Positions 49,596 through 60,490 of a stretch of 64,000 nt of DNA are shown here, one piece after another. How positions within the stretch are numbered: the first letter of the stretch is position 1; the number at the start of each line of letters is the position of its first letter. Source of the DNA: Nitrospirales bacterium (GTDB lineage: Bacteria; Nitrospirota; Nitrospiria; Nitrospirales; UBA8639); assembly GCA_963555755.3 (NCBI GenBank), contig OY820905.2:2560001-2624000 (forward strand), in the 5' to 3' direction. The notes under the pieces are model-generated. The model saw only the letters and a program-made list of their open reading frames with translations, did no database searches and was not told the DNA's origin. The translations under genes and the position numbers were made by a program.

Positions 49596-49943
49596 GGACC
49601 TGAGAGAAAATAACTTGAACAATTTCGCATCCAATCTTCGGGCCATCTTTGAACCTAGAAGCAGCAGTTGGATCACAAAAGTCCGCGCAAGCTCTTGGCG
49701 CACCTGGCACAATACAAAAAGGTCTCATCACCACCGAGGTGACCACGACTTTTTGTATTGCACCATGCACACCAATTTCTTACACGTCTTTTTTGCGCCC
49801 AACTGCCGTTTCTAGGTTGAACGGGCCTCAATCGACACACCCTCAACATCGCTGTGCTATGCCTCGGGGTTTTCTCAATCGTTCCGTCCAAATCCAACCC
49901 AAATCTTGGCGCGAAATTGTTCAAGTTATTTTCTCTCAGGTCC
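49596..49943. mobile_element. MITE C containing MITE D (49653-49817)
   Basis: C TIR GGACCTGAGAGAAAATAACTTG; D ACCTAGAA...TTCTAGGT flanked by duplicated TGA. Confidence 0.85.
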
Positions 49944-50109
49944 TGACAAAGGAGGGGAGTGAAAAACCCCAGAAGTGACCCACACGATTTGGAGAAGAGC
50001 CAAATATTGTAAGTGGTGTCTACTCTACAATTTAAAAAAACAGATCCTTCGCTTTGCTCAGGATGACAATTGAAGAGGTAACAGGAGGCTAAGGAAGTTC
50101 AAGGCAAGA

Positions 50110-50628
50110 TCAGTTCTTGGTCAACATCTTGAGGTAGGTGGCCTGAAGGCCAATGATGGTTTTGCCATCTTTGATGGTGCCGTCTTTGATGAGATCGATG
50201 GTTTTGGCGAGGGGCATTTCTACGATTTCCAAGACTTCATCCTCACCAAGGTCTTGGGTGCCTGGGGTGAGGTCTTTTCCGATAAAAATATGGATGATTT
50301 CGTCGGTAAATCCTGGCGTGGTAAAAAAACTGAGGAGGGGTTCTAAGGTTCCAACTCTGTAGCCAATTTCTTCTTCGACCTCTCGGACTGCGCAATCGCG
50401 GGGATCTTCTCCAGGATGCAACTTCCCGGCAGGGATCTCATAAATATACCCGCCCACCGCGTGGCGATACTGGCGAATCATTACGACGGTTTTGTCGTCT
50501 TTGAGCGGGACGACTGCTGAGGCGCCAGGGTGTGTAATGAGTTCCAATTCAGCGATCACCCCATTCGGCAACGTCACGGTCTCTACGGACAAATCAATGA
50601 TTTTTCCTTTATAAATTGAAGTCTTCAC
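50110..50628 (-). CDS. NUDIX hydrolase, ADP-ribose pyrophosphatase-like
   Basis: EIPAG...AVREVEEEIG; start codon uncertain. Confidence 0.88.
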   Translation of the reverse strand: MKTSIYKGKIIDLSVETVTLPNGVIAELELITHPGASAVVPLKDDKTVVMIRQYRHAVGGYIYEIPAGKLHPGEDPRDCAVREVEEEIGYRVGTLEPLLSFFTTPGFTDEIIHIFIGKDLTPGTQDLGEDEVLEIVEMPLAKTIDLIKDGTIKDGKTIIGLQATYLKMLTKN

Positions 50629-50651
50629 GGCAGCGTTTCCTTTGGGTGGAA

Positions 50652-51755
50652 TCAGGCGGTGGGTTTGGGTTTTTTATAAAACGGTGGCTTGACGACTTGG
50701 GCCGGAACGCGGCGACTACGAATTTCCACATCAAAGGTTGTCCCAATCTCGGTATACGAGGACTGCACATAAGCCAGACCTATGCCTTTTTGCAGAATGG
50801 GAGACAGGTTCCCACTAGAAATTTCTCCGATTTCGTTCCCGTTGGCCACTAGCTTCATGCCATGTCGCGGGACAGCTTTCGTCAGCAATTCAAAGGCCAC
50901 CAAACGTTTGGAGACACCATGTTCTATCTGACGTTTCAATACTTCATCCCCAATAAACGGGCCTTTATCCCATGAAACCAGCCACTCGGCTCCTGCTTCT
51001 ATCGGGGTGATCTCTTCGGTTAAATCATTGCCATAGAGAAAGTAGCCCATATCCAAGCGCAGCAGGTCTCGTGCCCCTAGGCCTGTAGGTTTCAATCCGT
51101 GGATCTTACCGATAGCCATCAATTTTTCCCATATTCCTAACGCCTGGTTTGCGGGAATGTACAATTCATATCCACGCTCGCCAGTGTATCCTGTCCTTGC
51201 AATCAAACATGGTGATCCAAACAATTTCATTTCCGCGCATTGTCGAGGCTTGAGGCCTTCAATGTCGGAACCCAGTTCTTGTCGAAGGATGGTGGATGCG
51301 GCAGGGCCTTGTAAGGCCAGCTGTGCCAAGTGATTTGATTGATTTTCAATCTGGACATTTTCTGTTTTGGGATCGCACTGTTGCTGCAACCAATCCAAAA
51401 TCTTTTCTCGATTCGATCCATTGACACACAAGAGAAACTTTTCCGGTGCGAGCCGATAGACAAAAATATCATCCTTCACTCCACCCTCGGAGTTGCAGAT
51501 CAAAGAATATTGCGAATTGAAGGGACTGATTGTATTGACATCATTGGTCGCCACTCGCTGAAGGTAGGAAACCGCATCGGCCCCATCCACCTGAATGCGG
51601 CCCATGTGGCTGACATCAAAGAGTCCGGCTGTGGTGCGAACGGCTTGATATTCATCCAGCACACCTGAATATTGAAGCGGCATGGCCCACCCCGCAAAAT
51701 CGACGAGTTTCCCGCCATGCGCCACATGCGCCTCATACAGTGGAGTCTGTTTCAT
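50652..51755 (-). CDS. gcvT: Glycine cleavage aminomethyltransferase T
   Basis: GLFDVSHMG, RTGYTGE.GYE, GLGARD.LRL. Confidence 0.95.
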   Translation of the reverse strand: MKQTPLYEAHVAHGGKLVDFAGWAMPLQYSGVLDEYQAVRTTAGLFDVSHMGRIQVDGADAVSYLQRVATNDVNTISPFNSQYSLICNSEGGVKDDIFVYRLAPEKFLLCVNGSNREKILDWLQQQCDPKTENVQIENQSNHLAQLALQGPAASTILRQELGSDIEGLKPRQCAEMKLFGSPCLIARTGYTGERGYELYIPANQALGIWEKLMAIGKIHGLKPTGLGARDLLRLDMGYFLYGNDLTEEITPIEAGAEWLVSWDKGPFIGDEVLKRQIEHGVSKRLVAFELLTKAVPRHGMKLVANGNEIGEISSGNLSPILQKGIGLAYVQSSYTEIGTTFDVEIRSRRVPAQVVKPPFYKKPKPTA

Positions 51756-51905
51756 GGTCTTCGTTATCCGTTATTAGAGCGTCGAAATAGAGGAAAGCAT
51801 GTGTGGTATTGTGAGAAGAAATCGTTATGCGTGAAGGGTAAAGAAAAGACAATCCCTAATCTTACGTTTCACGCTTCACGGATCACGCATTACGTTTATT
51901 AACGT

Positions 51906-52343
51906 TTAACGCAAGTCGAGCAATTCAACGTCGAAGATCAAGGTTGCGTTGGGAGGAATCACCTGTCCGGCCCCACGTGCGCCATATCCAAGATGCGAAG
52001 GGATGATCAGCTTGCGTTTTGAACCAATGTTCATACCAACCACCCCTTCATCCCATCCCTTAATGACTCGCCCTGCGCCGAGACGAAATGAGAAGGGTTG
52101 GCCGCGATCAACGGAGCTATCGAATTTGGTCCCGTCTTTCAACCAGCCTGTATAGTGGACAGAAGCGGTTTCCCCCACATGGGCTTCCCGACCCGAGCCT
52201 TTGACGAGATCAAGGTACTGAAGGCCTGACGAGGTCACCGTCGGTTTTTCTTCTTCTGCCAAAACCGGCGAGAGAAAGCCTCCCAACGATAATCCGAAGA
52301 CTATACCAACCAGAATACCCCAGTTCACCACATGTTTGTACAT
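51906..52343 (-). CDS. FKBP-type peptidyl-prolyl isomerase
   Basis: VHYTG.L.DG.KFDSS, VIKGWDEG, IPPNATL. Confidence 0.93.
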   Translation of the reverse strand: MYKHVVNWGILVGIVFGLSLGGFLSPVLAEEEKPTVTSSGLQYLDLVKGSGREAHVGETASVHYTGWLKDGTKFDSSVDRGQPFSFRLGAGRVIKGWDEGVVGMNIGSKRKLIIPSHLGYGARGAGQVIPPNATLIFDVELLDLR

Positions 52344-52719
52344 GTTTACTTTTCCTCCCTCAATATTGAAACCGCGAAATTTGGGATCATACAGAATATA
52401 TGGTTCTATCCTACCGCCATCCAATTCTGGCCACATGGAGTTTCTTGGCCATGGCGTTGCTTCCTGTGAGCGTTCTTTCTTGTGTCGCTGCACGATCGTA
52501 TCGTGCCCTCTTCCCACGGACCAAGGGGCTATGACGCCAGGAAGAGGCAGCATGAGATGCTGCAGCTCCCTAAAAATAAAAGACGACGCCATTCGCTCAA
52601 AAGGAGAGGCGACATAACCCACGAGGAGTGCCATACATTTATGTGCACCTGATCGTATTGTGCTGCCAGAACCCTAAATTCTGCATGATCCGAAATTTGT
52701 CCGTTTCACATTTCCAAAC

Positions 52720-53895
52720 TTATTTCTCGGCGAACAAGGCGATGCTGGCGGTATATCCATGAAGAAAATTTTTCCCGCCAACGGGCCCAATTTCCCCTGA
52801 CGCAAAAAACCCGGCAATGGGAAGACCCTCAGCGCGTTTTTGCAGCGCGCGCACATCATGATGCGGTTCGGCAAAAAATTGTCGCCCTCGACCATTGCAG
52901 GTAAACAGAAGGGCCCCTTTGGGTGTTTTGTTGGGGAATTCGACTTGATCTTTGGCGAGCAACAGGTTCAATTCTTCACTCGCGGCCTTGGGATCCCGCA
53001 AATGAAATTGCACCGTCTGCCCCTCCTCCACCAGATCCGAAATGGCCACGCCCCCTGAACGCTGATCCCCACCGATAACACCTCGAATGAGGAAATCTCC
53101 TTGATCCAGTCGTTCGCGTTGTTCATCAAAGGCAATGCCGACCTGCAAGGATCTCGCGGCTTGCCGACCCCCATCGGCGCCTAATTTATCTAAGGTAGCT
53201 TGTAACCGTTGCAGGGCCGAGGCCCCTCCTAATTCGTAAATGATGTTGCGTTCCGCTTTCGTGACTACGTATCGTTCACCAATGGGTTTGCACCCTTGCG
53301 ACACCAGGGTGCGAACGGACACCGGCCCCCAAAGCGCCACGCCAGTCATCCCCTCGGTCACAATAGTACCATTGTACACCATTCGATTTTCGCCTAAATC
53401 AGATCCGCCGCTCGCCACGCCACCAATGGCGGGAGCTCCCGGGCAACATTGTTCGATTTCTGAAAACACGGATTCAATCGGAGTGGAAAACGGGTCGGCG
53501 AACAAGAGAAACGTAGGACGTTCCGTGGTTGAATTCAAGGCTGTGGGCCACTCCTCCATGGTGAACGGACTATCATTCCCGGAAAACGTCAGATGCATGG
53601 GAAGCATGCGAACATCTGGCAAACTCGCAGCCCATACGGTCACCACGGAATTTCCTTCGAATTCCTCAGTTGGACTGATCACCCCTTCGCTCATACACCC
53701 TAACATGACTTCCGGATCCAACGCGTCCCAGAGAAGCCGCACTAACTCTTCGGCACGGTCCCCATAGTGGACCGAAAAAAAGACAAACACGAGATCAACC
53801 TTTTCTGAACCCAAGGCTTCTTTCACCGCCTTCGACAATACCGATGCGACCTTCTCAACTTCAGAATCTCGTGAAACAGCAACGTGAATTTTCAT
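52720..53895 (-). CDS. FIST-domain protein
   Basis: VSQGCKPIG, FTCNGRG, GFFASGEIGP. Confidence 0.88.
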   Translation of the reverse strand: MKIHVAVSRDSEVEKVASVLSKAVKEALGSEKVDLVFVFFSVHYGDRAEELVRLLWDALDPEVMLGCMSEGVISPTEEFEGNSVVTVWAASLPDVRMLPMHLTFSGNDSPFTMEEWPTALNSTTERPTFLLFADPFSTPIESVFSEIEQCCPGAPAIGGVASGGSDLGENRMVYNGTIVTEGMTGVALWGPVSVRTLVSQGCKPIGERYVVTKAERNIIYELGGASALQRLQATLDKLGADGGRQAARSLQVGIAFDEQRERLDQGDFLIRGVIGGDQRSGGVAISDLVEEGQTVQFHLRDPKAASEELNLLLAKDQVEFPNKTPKGALLFTCNGRGRQFFAEPHHDVRALQKRAEGLPIAGFFASGEIGPVGGKNFLHGYTASIALFAEK

Positions 53896-54129
53896 AACCC
53901 CTCTTCCATTATCTTCATAAAATGGAGTCTAGCAACGCGTGAAAGGCTTTGTCTATAAGGCGAAGACCAACTATGACAAACCGTGATGAAATTGTACGTC
54001 GAAAGTTGACAGGCTGAAAATCTCCGTACCTGGACCATCAATTCCGCAGGTAATTCACGAGAAAGGGGGAACAAGGATGCGTGGATTACGCACAGACGAA
54101 ATACGGGAGGGCCGTCTGCTGTAACCTTA

Positions 54130-54905
54130 GGGCTCGTGCAAGAATACCTTCCCCTGTTTGGGCGTCGATCCATCCCGTCTGGCGGCGCTGCTCGTCCTTT
54201 CCATACCGAGGAGTATGCGCAGTCCTCGCGCCTTGCCAGACAGGTGTCTCAGCACCCAAACAGGGGGAGCTATTCTTGCGCGAACCCTTCAACCTAGAAA
54301 CAGCAGTTGGATCACAAAAGTCCGCGCAAGCTCTTAGGACCTGCGAGAAAATAACTTGATCAATCTCGCATCCAATCTTCGGGCCATCTTTGAACGGGCC
54401 TCAATCGAAAAACCCTCACCATAGCTGTGCTATGCCTCGAGTGTTTCTCAATCGTTTCGTCCAAATCCGACCCAAATCTTGGCGCGATATTGTTCAAGTT
54501 ATTTTCTCGCAGGTCCTTAGGGTCTGTCACGAAATAACCGGGACAATTGGCCGAGACGATTTTGGAGCGAGCCAAGGAGCGAAGAGCGCGCATACCGGGA
54601 GTATGGAAGCGATGAGCGACGCCGGCGGAGCCCAAAAGCGTCCGGCCCTCCGGGGAGGCCCATCTTTGGCCCGGGGCGGCGTTGCTCCTCGGTCACAGAG
54701 CCCCGCTCTGCTCCCTCGTCGCGCCTTGCCCCGATCACAAATCTGGGCCTCCCAATTGTCCCGGTTATTTCGTGACGGACCCTTAGCGCACCTGGCAAAA
54801 TACAAAAATGTCTTATCACCACCGAGGTGACCACGACTTTTTGTATTTCACCATGCACCCCAATATCTTACACGGCTTTTTTGCGCCCAACTGCTGTTTC
54901 TAGGT
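54130..54905. mobile_element. Four-MITE cluster: B, then D containing C and E
   Basis: B 54130-54287; D 54292-54905; C 54337-54516; E 54520-54782; TTA present three times. Confidence 0.85.
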
Positions 54906-56227
54906 TAAAACCGTGTCGGTTCCGTATAGTGCTGGAGAATCCGCTGAATTTGATCATGCGATATGGCTTCAGCACGTCGTCCATCTCGCCCAACAACGGT
55001 CGTCGCCGTGATTAAGGCATTAATGATGGCTTCCTCTGTGGCCTCGACGGTTGCTGCAAAAATGGGGTTCAAATGGGTATCGGCCATATGCGTCATCAGA
55101 AAGGTTGGCGTGTCGGGATAATGCGGAATTTCGTTGGCAGTGGAAAAGGCCAAAATAAAATCGCCGCTCCCATGGTGGCTAGTCGCTCCTGTCCGAGCCA
55201 GTCCTAGGGCAGCACGTCTCGCCATTCGTTGAAGTTGACGAGAATCCACCGGCGCATCTGTCGCAATCACGATGATGATCGAACCTTGATCACCGAGCTG
55301 TTCACGTTTGGAAAGTCTTGCGACGTTCTCGTTTTCCAATAAGCCGGCCGATTCCATATCGTGTTCCTTCTCTTGCCACAGACGTCCTACGGGAACTCCT
55401 GCGATGGTAAGTTCATATCGCCGCCCGTGATTGGCATTGACCAGCACTCCGATCGTATACCCCCCGTTTTCTTCGGAAAGACGACGCGAGGAAGTACCGA
55501 TCCCTCCTTTGAATTGATACGCGATCATTCCGGTTCCCGCACCGACCGTTCCCTCCGTCACAGGTCCGCTGGTGGCTTCCTCCAAGGCTCGCACCACGTC
55601 ATCTTCAGACACATGCCGCCCTCGGCTATCATTGAGGCGGCTGTCGTCGCATTCGGCCACCACGGGGGTCAGGGTATCATCGGTGATTCCGATCTCGGGA
55701 TTGTGTTTGAACATCCAACTCATCACCCCATTTGCCACACGGGGCACGTTCAACGTATTCGTCAGGGCAATGGGATACTCGAGGAACCCAGCTTCTGCCA
55801 CCCATGCTAACCCCGTCATCTCTCCCGTCCCATTGAGCACGAAGGCTCCGGCTGGCGCCTTCTTATGCCACACATCATCGCGAGGAAGGATCACAGTCAC
55901 GCCAGTACGAACTGGGCCCTTTCCAGGAATGAGCGGACCGTTTCCGTTGATTAATGTGACATGGCCCACTTTGACCCCTGCCACATCAGTGATGGCATTC
56001 CAAGGACCCGGCAAATATCGACCGATGGTAATGCCCAAATCCCGCGCCCTGACGGATTTTGGATTGACCTCTTCAAGGGTAGGATCCGCAAATACATCCT
56101 TGGGGAACAAAGCTACTAGACAGAGAGATACTGACAATATCGAACCAATAAGAAGGGACAAAAGAGGATTCAAGGATCGCATAGAAAATACTGTTAGGAC
56201 TTGTTGAAGCATTCCAACCATTTTCAA
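54905..56227 (-). CDS. P1 (S58/DmpA) family peptidase
   Basis: NAITDVAGVKVGH, GAGTG, KGGIGTSS, GSGD; start codon uncertain. Confidence 0.9.
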   Translation of the reverse strand: MKMVGMLQQVLTVFSMRSLNPLLSLLIGSILSVSLCLVALFPKDVFADPTLEEVNPKSVRARDLGITIGRYLPGPWNAITDVAGVKVGHVTLINGNGPLIPGKGPVRTGVTVILPRDDVWHKKAPAGAFVLNGTGEMTGLAWVAEAGFLEYPIALTNTLNVPRVANGVMSWMFKHNPEIGITDDTLTPVVAECDDSRLNDSRGRHVSEDDVVRALEEATSGPVTEGTVGAGTGMIAYQFKGGIGTSSRRLSEENGGYTIGVLVNANHGRRYELTIAGVPVGRLWQEKEHDMESAGLLENENVARLSKREQLGDQGSIIIVIATDAPVDSRQLQRMARRAALGLARTGATSHHGSGDFILAFSTANEIPHYPDTPTFLMTHMADTHLNPIFAATVEATEEAIINALITATTVVGRDGRRAEAISHDQIQRILQHYTEPTRF

Positions 56228-56270
56228 ATTAGCGATGGCTGATTAACACCCTCAAACACTAAGGGGGAAG

Positions 56271-56558
56271 AGGGCTGTCCAAAAAGGCCCGTCCAGCAAG
56301 GCCGCAGGCCCTTTGACGCGCGGAGCGTACTCCGGTACGTGAGCACGACAAAGGGCCGAGAACGCAGCTGGCGGCCTTTTTCAACCTAGAAATGGCAGTT
56401 GGGCGCAAAAAAGACGCGTAAGATATTGGTGTGCACCGTGAAACAGAAAAAGTCGTGGTCACCTTTGTGGTGATGAGACATTTTTCTGTTTTGCGAGGTG
56501 CGCCAAGAGCTTGCGCGGACTTTTGTGATCCAACTGCCGTTTCTAGGTTCAATAGCCC
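56271..56558. mobile_element. MITE A with MITE D (56384-56548) inserted in its right TIR
   Basis: TCA duplicated around D. Confidence 0.8.
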
Positions 56559-56560
56559 TC

Positions 56561-56968
56561 CTAGGAAATTGCCCGCCACCGGGCCGATGGCCGTTGAGTG
56601 AGCGCAACCTGACAGGAAGGACAGGTCACAAGGTTTGCCAGATCAACCAACCAGGACATATGCGAGTGTGAGGAAATCATGGTCCACACCAGTCTGGCCT
56701 GACAGGAAGGACACCGGAGGGCATGGAGAAACCACACAAAGGTGCCACCTCCCAAACACGTCCCACCGATCAATAGAGGGCTAAACAGGCTTGTCTCCCA
56801 AAAAAGAAGGCTAAACCCGGCACCAAGGAAACACAGGAGTGTTCCACCAAAACCTAGAAGGGCGATATACAATTTCCACATCTGGTTGGTGGTTTCCAAC
56901 CAACTGGTTTTGGATGGTTGAGGGACAGGACGAGAAAGTTTTGGCACAACCTTACCCTTTCTCAACAA
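56561..56968 (-). CDS. Small membrane protein with two CPSC motifs
   Basis: Two TM segments and a CxxC pair. Confidence 0.55.
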   Translation of the reverse strand: MLRKGKVVPKLSRPVPQPSKTSWLETTNQMWKLYIALLGFGGTLLCFLGAGFSLLFWETSLFSPLLIGGTCLGGGTFVWFLHALRCPSCQARLVWTMISSHSHMSWLVDLANLVTCPSCQVALTQRPSARWRAIS

Positions 56969-57045
56969 TTTGTTTGGGTGTGATCATCAGGACACGTGGG
57001 TCTCGACAACCATTGCGTCGGCCCATGACTGTAGAGGCTGATCCC

Positions 57046-57561
57046 TCATGGCTCTCGTGACAAGACAAAGTCCAATTCGTACACATGATACCCAGCCAGG
57101 AGAAGACCCAATTCTTGGTAGACCTGTTGTGCGAGCCGGTTTTCTTTTTCCACATACAAGCGGACACCCGCAACCATATTTTTATTTCGGGCCTCTTCCA
57201 TGACAGATTGATACAGGTTCCGAAATACTCCACGACGACGCCATTCCTCATGGACATAGACGCTTTGGATCCACCAGAACACACCATTTCGCCAATCACT
57301 CCATTCGTAGGTAATGAGTAACTGACCAATGACTTTTCCAGAATGAACATCTTCGGCGATGAGATAAAATCCATGTTCGGGATTGTCTAACACTGCTTTC
57401 ACACCTTGTTGAAGCCGCGAAGGCTCTAGCTGCTTTCCCTCGGTTTCCAAGGCCAGCGCAGCATTAAATTCCACTACCGTCGGAACATCATTGAGGATCG
57501 CTTGGCGAATTCGAATTTTCGGATTTGGAGCATCTGACCTCGATTCGTTGGAATGGGTCAT
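57046..57561 (-). CDS. GNAT family N-acetyltransferase
   Basis: WIQSVYV..EWRRRGVF, N..AQQVY. Confidence 0.88.
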   Translation of the reverse strand: MTHSNESRSDAPNPKIRIRQAILNDVPTVVEFNAALALETEGKQLEPSRLQQGVKAVLDNPEHGFYLIAEDVHSGKVIGQLLITYEWSDWRNGVFWWIQSVYVHEEWRRRGVFRNLYQSVMEEARNKNMVAGVRLYVEKENRLAQQVYQELGLLLAGYHVYELDFVLSREP

Positions 57562-58199
57562 GGGGTCATTTCTGAAGAGGGCAACGCGGTCAGCCATCCA
57601 CGCGGGGGCCTGTAGATTCCGGCTGAAAATTCCATCTTCATGGCTTCCTGAGGACGGAGTTGGATGGCCTGAGTTTTATTCCGTGGAACAAAGGCTAAGT
57701 AGCCAGTAAAGGGATGAATAGCCGTGGGCACAAAAATCATGATCAACACATCGTGCTCCGGACGTTGCAAGACTGGGGGAGCCAGGCCCATCACAAACCC
57801 AATCGCCCATGTTCCCTCTCGCGGGAATGGAAAGACCACAACCGTACTATGGCCGAATCGTTCTCGAAACTGAAAGACATCCGTCATCCCTTTCAGGGTT
57901 TGATAAATACTTCGTACCAGGGGAATCCGGTCCAGCGATTCTTCAAATCGTCTGACTATCCGTTGCCCCAGAAAATGTGTGGCTGCCATCCCACTCAGGA
58001 GAATCAAAAAAAATAGTAAAACAATTCCGGCGCCAGGGACTTCAATGTTAAAGTGTGGACCGACAAGATCCACCCATAAGCCGTCTAAAGTCACAAACAG
58101 CGTTGACAAAATAAGAAAGGTACCCCAGGCGGGAACCACCACAAATAATCCCGTTAAAAAATATCGTTTGAGCTTGGCGATAGGAGTTTTATTCTTCAT
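57558..58199 (-). CDS. DUF502 family membrane protein
   Basis: YFLTGL, RIPLVRSIY, FVPTA..PFTGYL. Confidence 0.85.
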   Translation of the reverse strand: MKNKTPIAKLKRYFLTGLFVVVPAWGTFLILSTLFVTLDGLWVDLVGPHFNIEVPGAGIVLLFFLILLSGMAATHFLGQRIVRRFEESLDRIPLVRSIYQTLKGMTDVFQFRERFGHSTVVVFPFPREGTWAIGFVMGLAPPVLQRPEHDVLIMIFVPTAIHPFTGYLAFVPRNKTQAIQLRPQEAMKMEFSAGIYRPPRGWLTALPSSEMTP

Positions 58200-58416
58200 A
58201 CAGCTTGCAACTCGTCGTAGTACAATTTCCCACCAACATCGACCGCGGACACTCCGATTGGGATTAACCGAGAGGCCTTCTATATTATGACTGATACTTT
58301 TTGACTGCGCCGTAAAAATTTGAGGCACTTCACAGGTGCTTGATCTCGCAGATCACGATCTACTAGTGTATGAAAAGTTCGGACTGAAAACAAATCGCCC
58401 AACAGGAGGATGGACT

Positions 58417-58707
58417 ATGACCACTGAGAACAACACCCACGACCAGAAGGCACTCGACCCTCAACTCCTGGCTATTCTCTGCTGCCCCGAATCGAAACAA
58501 GAGGTAAGCCTGTTGGATCATGTTTTGCTAGAAAAACTAAACAAGAAGATCGAGACCGGGGAATTACAAAACCAGGGGGGAAGTGTCGTGAAAGAAAAAC
58601 TTGATGGTGGTTTGCTGAGGGCCGACCAAACACTGGTCTATCCCATTCGCGACGCCATCCCTATCATGCTTATAGAGGAAGGGATTTCCGTCAAAGGGCT
58701 CTTCTAA
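58417..58707 (+). CDS. Trm112/UPF0434-like protein
   Basis: LLAILCCP...YPIRDAIPIML. Confidence 0.8.
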   Translation: MTTENNTHDQKALDPQLLAILCCPESKQEVSLLDHVLLEKLNKKIETGELQNQGGSVVKEKLDGGLLRADQTLVYPIRDAIPIMLIEEGISVKGLF

Positions 58708-58865
58708 GGGCTCGCGTAAGAATAACTTCCCCTACTTTGGGTGCTGAGACACCTGTCTGGCAAGGCGCGAGGACTGCGCATACTCTCGGTATGGAAAGGA
58801 CGAGCAACACCGCCAGACGGGATGGATCGACGCCCAAATAGGGGAAGTTATTCTTACGCGAGCCT
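58708..58865. mobile_element. MITE family B inserted at a TAA stop codon
   Basis: TAA duplicated at 58705 and 58866. Confidence 0.85.
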
Positions 58866-58915
58866 TAAATATCCACCCTTCGAAAATCACAGCATCACGA
58901 TACTGAAAACTGTTA

Positions 58916-59093
58916 GGACCTGAGAGAAAATAACTTGGACATATCGCGCCAAGATTTGGGTCGGATTTGGACGGAACGATTGAGAAACATCCGAGGCATA
59001 GCACAGCTATGTTGAGGGTGTTTCGATTGAGGCCCGTTCAAAGATGGCCCGAAGATTGGATGCGAGATGTCCAAGTTATTTTCTCTCAGGTCC
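58916..59093. mobile_element. MITE family C
   Basis: TIRs present; TTA duplicated. Confidence 0.85.
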
Positions 59094-59114
59094 TTACCTC
59101 TACTCCCTCCCATC

Positions 59115-59372
59115 TCACCCATCCTCTGACGGGGAAGACGGTTCGGAATTTGAATGGCTTCGAAAAAACCACCAGAGCGATCGGCTCAATTGGACCACAA
59201 CATACACGGAAAATGAAATGAGAAGGGCATCCATCCAAAGAGATTCCATAGGCCATGAATCAGGGGAATGAAGCATAAGGCCCAGGACAATATGAGCTCC
59301 CAAACCCAGGGAAAGAGAAAAAATTATCCATTCACGGAGAACCTTGGACTTTTGTCGATCATATCCGATCAT
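59115..59372 (-). CDS. Small membrane hypothetical protein
   Basis: Two TM segments. Confidence 0.5.
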   Translation of the reverse strand: MIGYDRQKSKVLREWIIFSLSLGLGAHIVLGLMLHSPDSWPMESLWMDALLISFSVYVVVQLSRSLWWFFRSHSNSEPSSPSEDG

Positions 59373-59450
59373 GATAGAACATGATTCCAGCAGAATTCGG
59401 ATAAAAATGGCAAGGTAAAACCAGCAGGTAGGCTGAAGCCCCTACTTTTC

Positions 59451-59819
59451 TCACACGGGGCTTTTGGCGGATTCAATTTCCGTTGCGGTAATAAGACTCG
59501 TGAGATAGTCCGTGACAAAAATAAGAGCCTCTTCTCTACCATCGGCTCTTCTACCCTTTTCCCGACGTTGAACAGACAATTCATGCTCTAGGTCAGACTT
59601 CACATCACCTAGAAGTTTTTGAAGGGAAGCAGTTGTAAGGTTGACATCGACATCTTCAAATTCTTGACACCGATCCAACACCCAATTTAATCCTTCTACT
59701 CGTCCCAAATATCGATCTTGTTCAGCGGAGTCAATTCTGGCCATTGTGGTTGCAAAGGCTTGGGCTTCATAATGCAGATTGTAGAAACTCGAAACAGCTT
59801 TATGTAATGTCGAATTCAT
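59451..59819 (-). CDS. Hypothetical protein
   Basis: AGGAGG RBS; 122 aa, likely helical. Confidence 0.65.
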   Translation of the reverse strand: MNSTLHKAVSSFYNLHYEAQAFATTMARIDSAEQDRYLGRVEGLNWVLDRCQEFEDVDVNLTTASLQKLLGDVKSDLEHELSVQRREKGRRADGREEALIFVTDYLTSLITATEIESAKSPV

Positions 59820-60030
59820 TTTTCCTCCTAAAAAACCTTATATTTTCATCCATTATACAGTTTTGTTGGTGAATCTGCTACTTTCCTTTCAATTATTAAT
59901 TGAAATACTACTACCATACCCATTTCCTATAATTTATTCGGTTTCCCATTCTTATAGCATAACCAGTTTTTTTTCACTTTTTTTTGAAAACCAATTTGAA
60001 GGAAAAGGGATAAAGGAATTTAAAATTTTA

Positions 60031-60360
60031 TTAGGTAAAAAGGAGGGGATAAAATTCTGCCATAAACCCATAATACAGGGGAGCGAAATCTTTAAGACTA
60101 TGCGGGCTAATTTCTTTTAACTTTCTAAAAAATAGAACCTGATGCCTGGGATCCATTTGTGCCAAAATTTGTGAAAGTTGGGGCATAGAAAAGCTTTTCA
60201 AAGGGACACTTAAAATATAATAAATAAGGCGTTCCACAAACTGTTGAGTAATATATTCAGTGGCAAGAAATTCTTCAGGCAGTTTTCCAGACTCCAAAAG
60301 TTCCCAAAAGGGAATGGGTTTGGCCGATAAAGGAATGGGATCAGGCATTGCACTAGTCAT
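60031..60360 (-). CDS. Hypothetical protein (AT-rich)
   Basis: 109 aa ORF with plausible start. Confidence 0.55.
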   Translation of the reverse strand: MTSAMPDPIPLSAKPIPFWELLESGKLPEEFLATEYITQQFVERLIYYILSVPLKSFSMPQLSQILAQMDPRHQVLFFRKLKEISPHSLKDFAPLYYGFMAEFYPLLFT

Positions 60361-60490
60361 AATTCTCTTATTTTCCGTTTGTTTTTCAAAAATTTGTTGA
60401 AAACGGATTCCCCTTCAATTTGATAAGGCCTTTCAATTAAATCTTTTCTCGGACTGAAAGTGGAATTACTGAAAATTTAATTTCATCTTA

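Noticed and set aside
51756..51900. Glycine riboswitch upstream of gcvT
   Set aside because: No aptamer motifs recognised; only degenerate heptamer-like repeats.
53892..54858. ORFs across the MITE cluster (also around 49.2-50.0 kb and 58.7-59.2 kb)
   Set aside because: They are chance frames through palindromic repeats, and the same peptides recur in each MITE copy.
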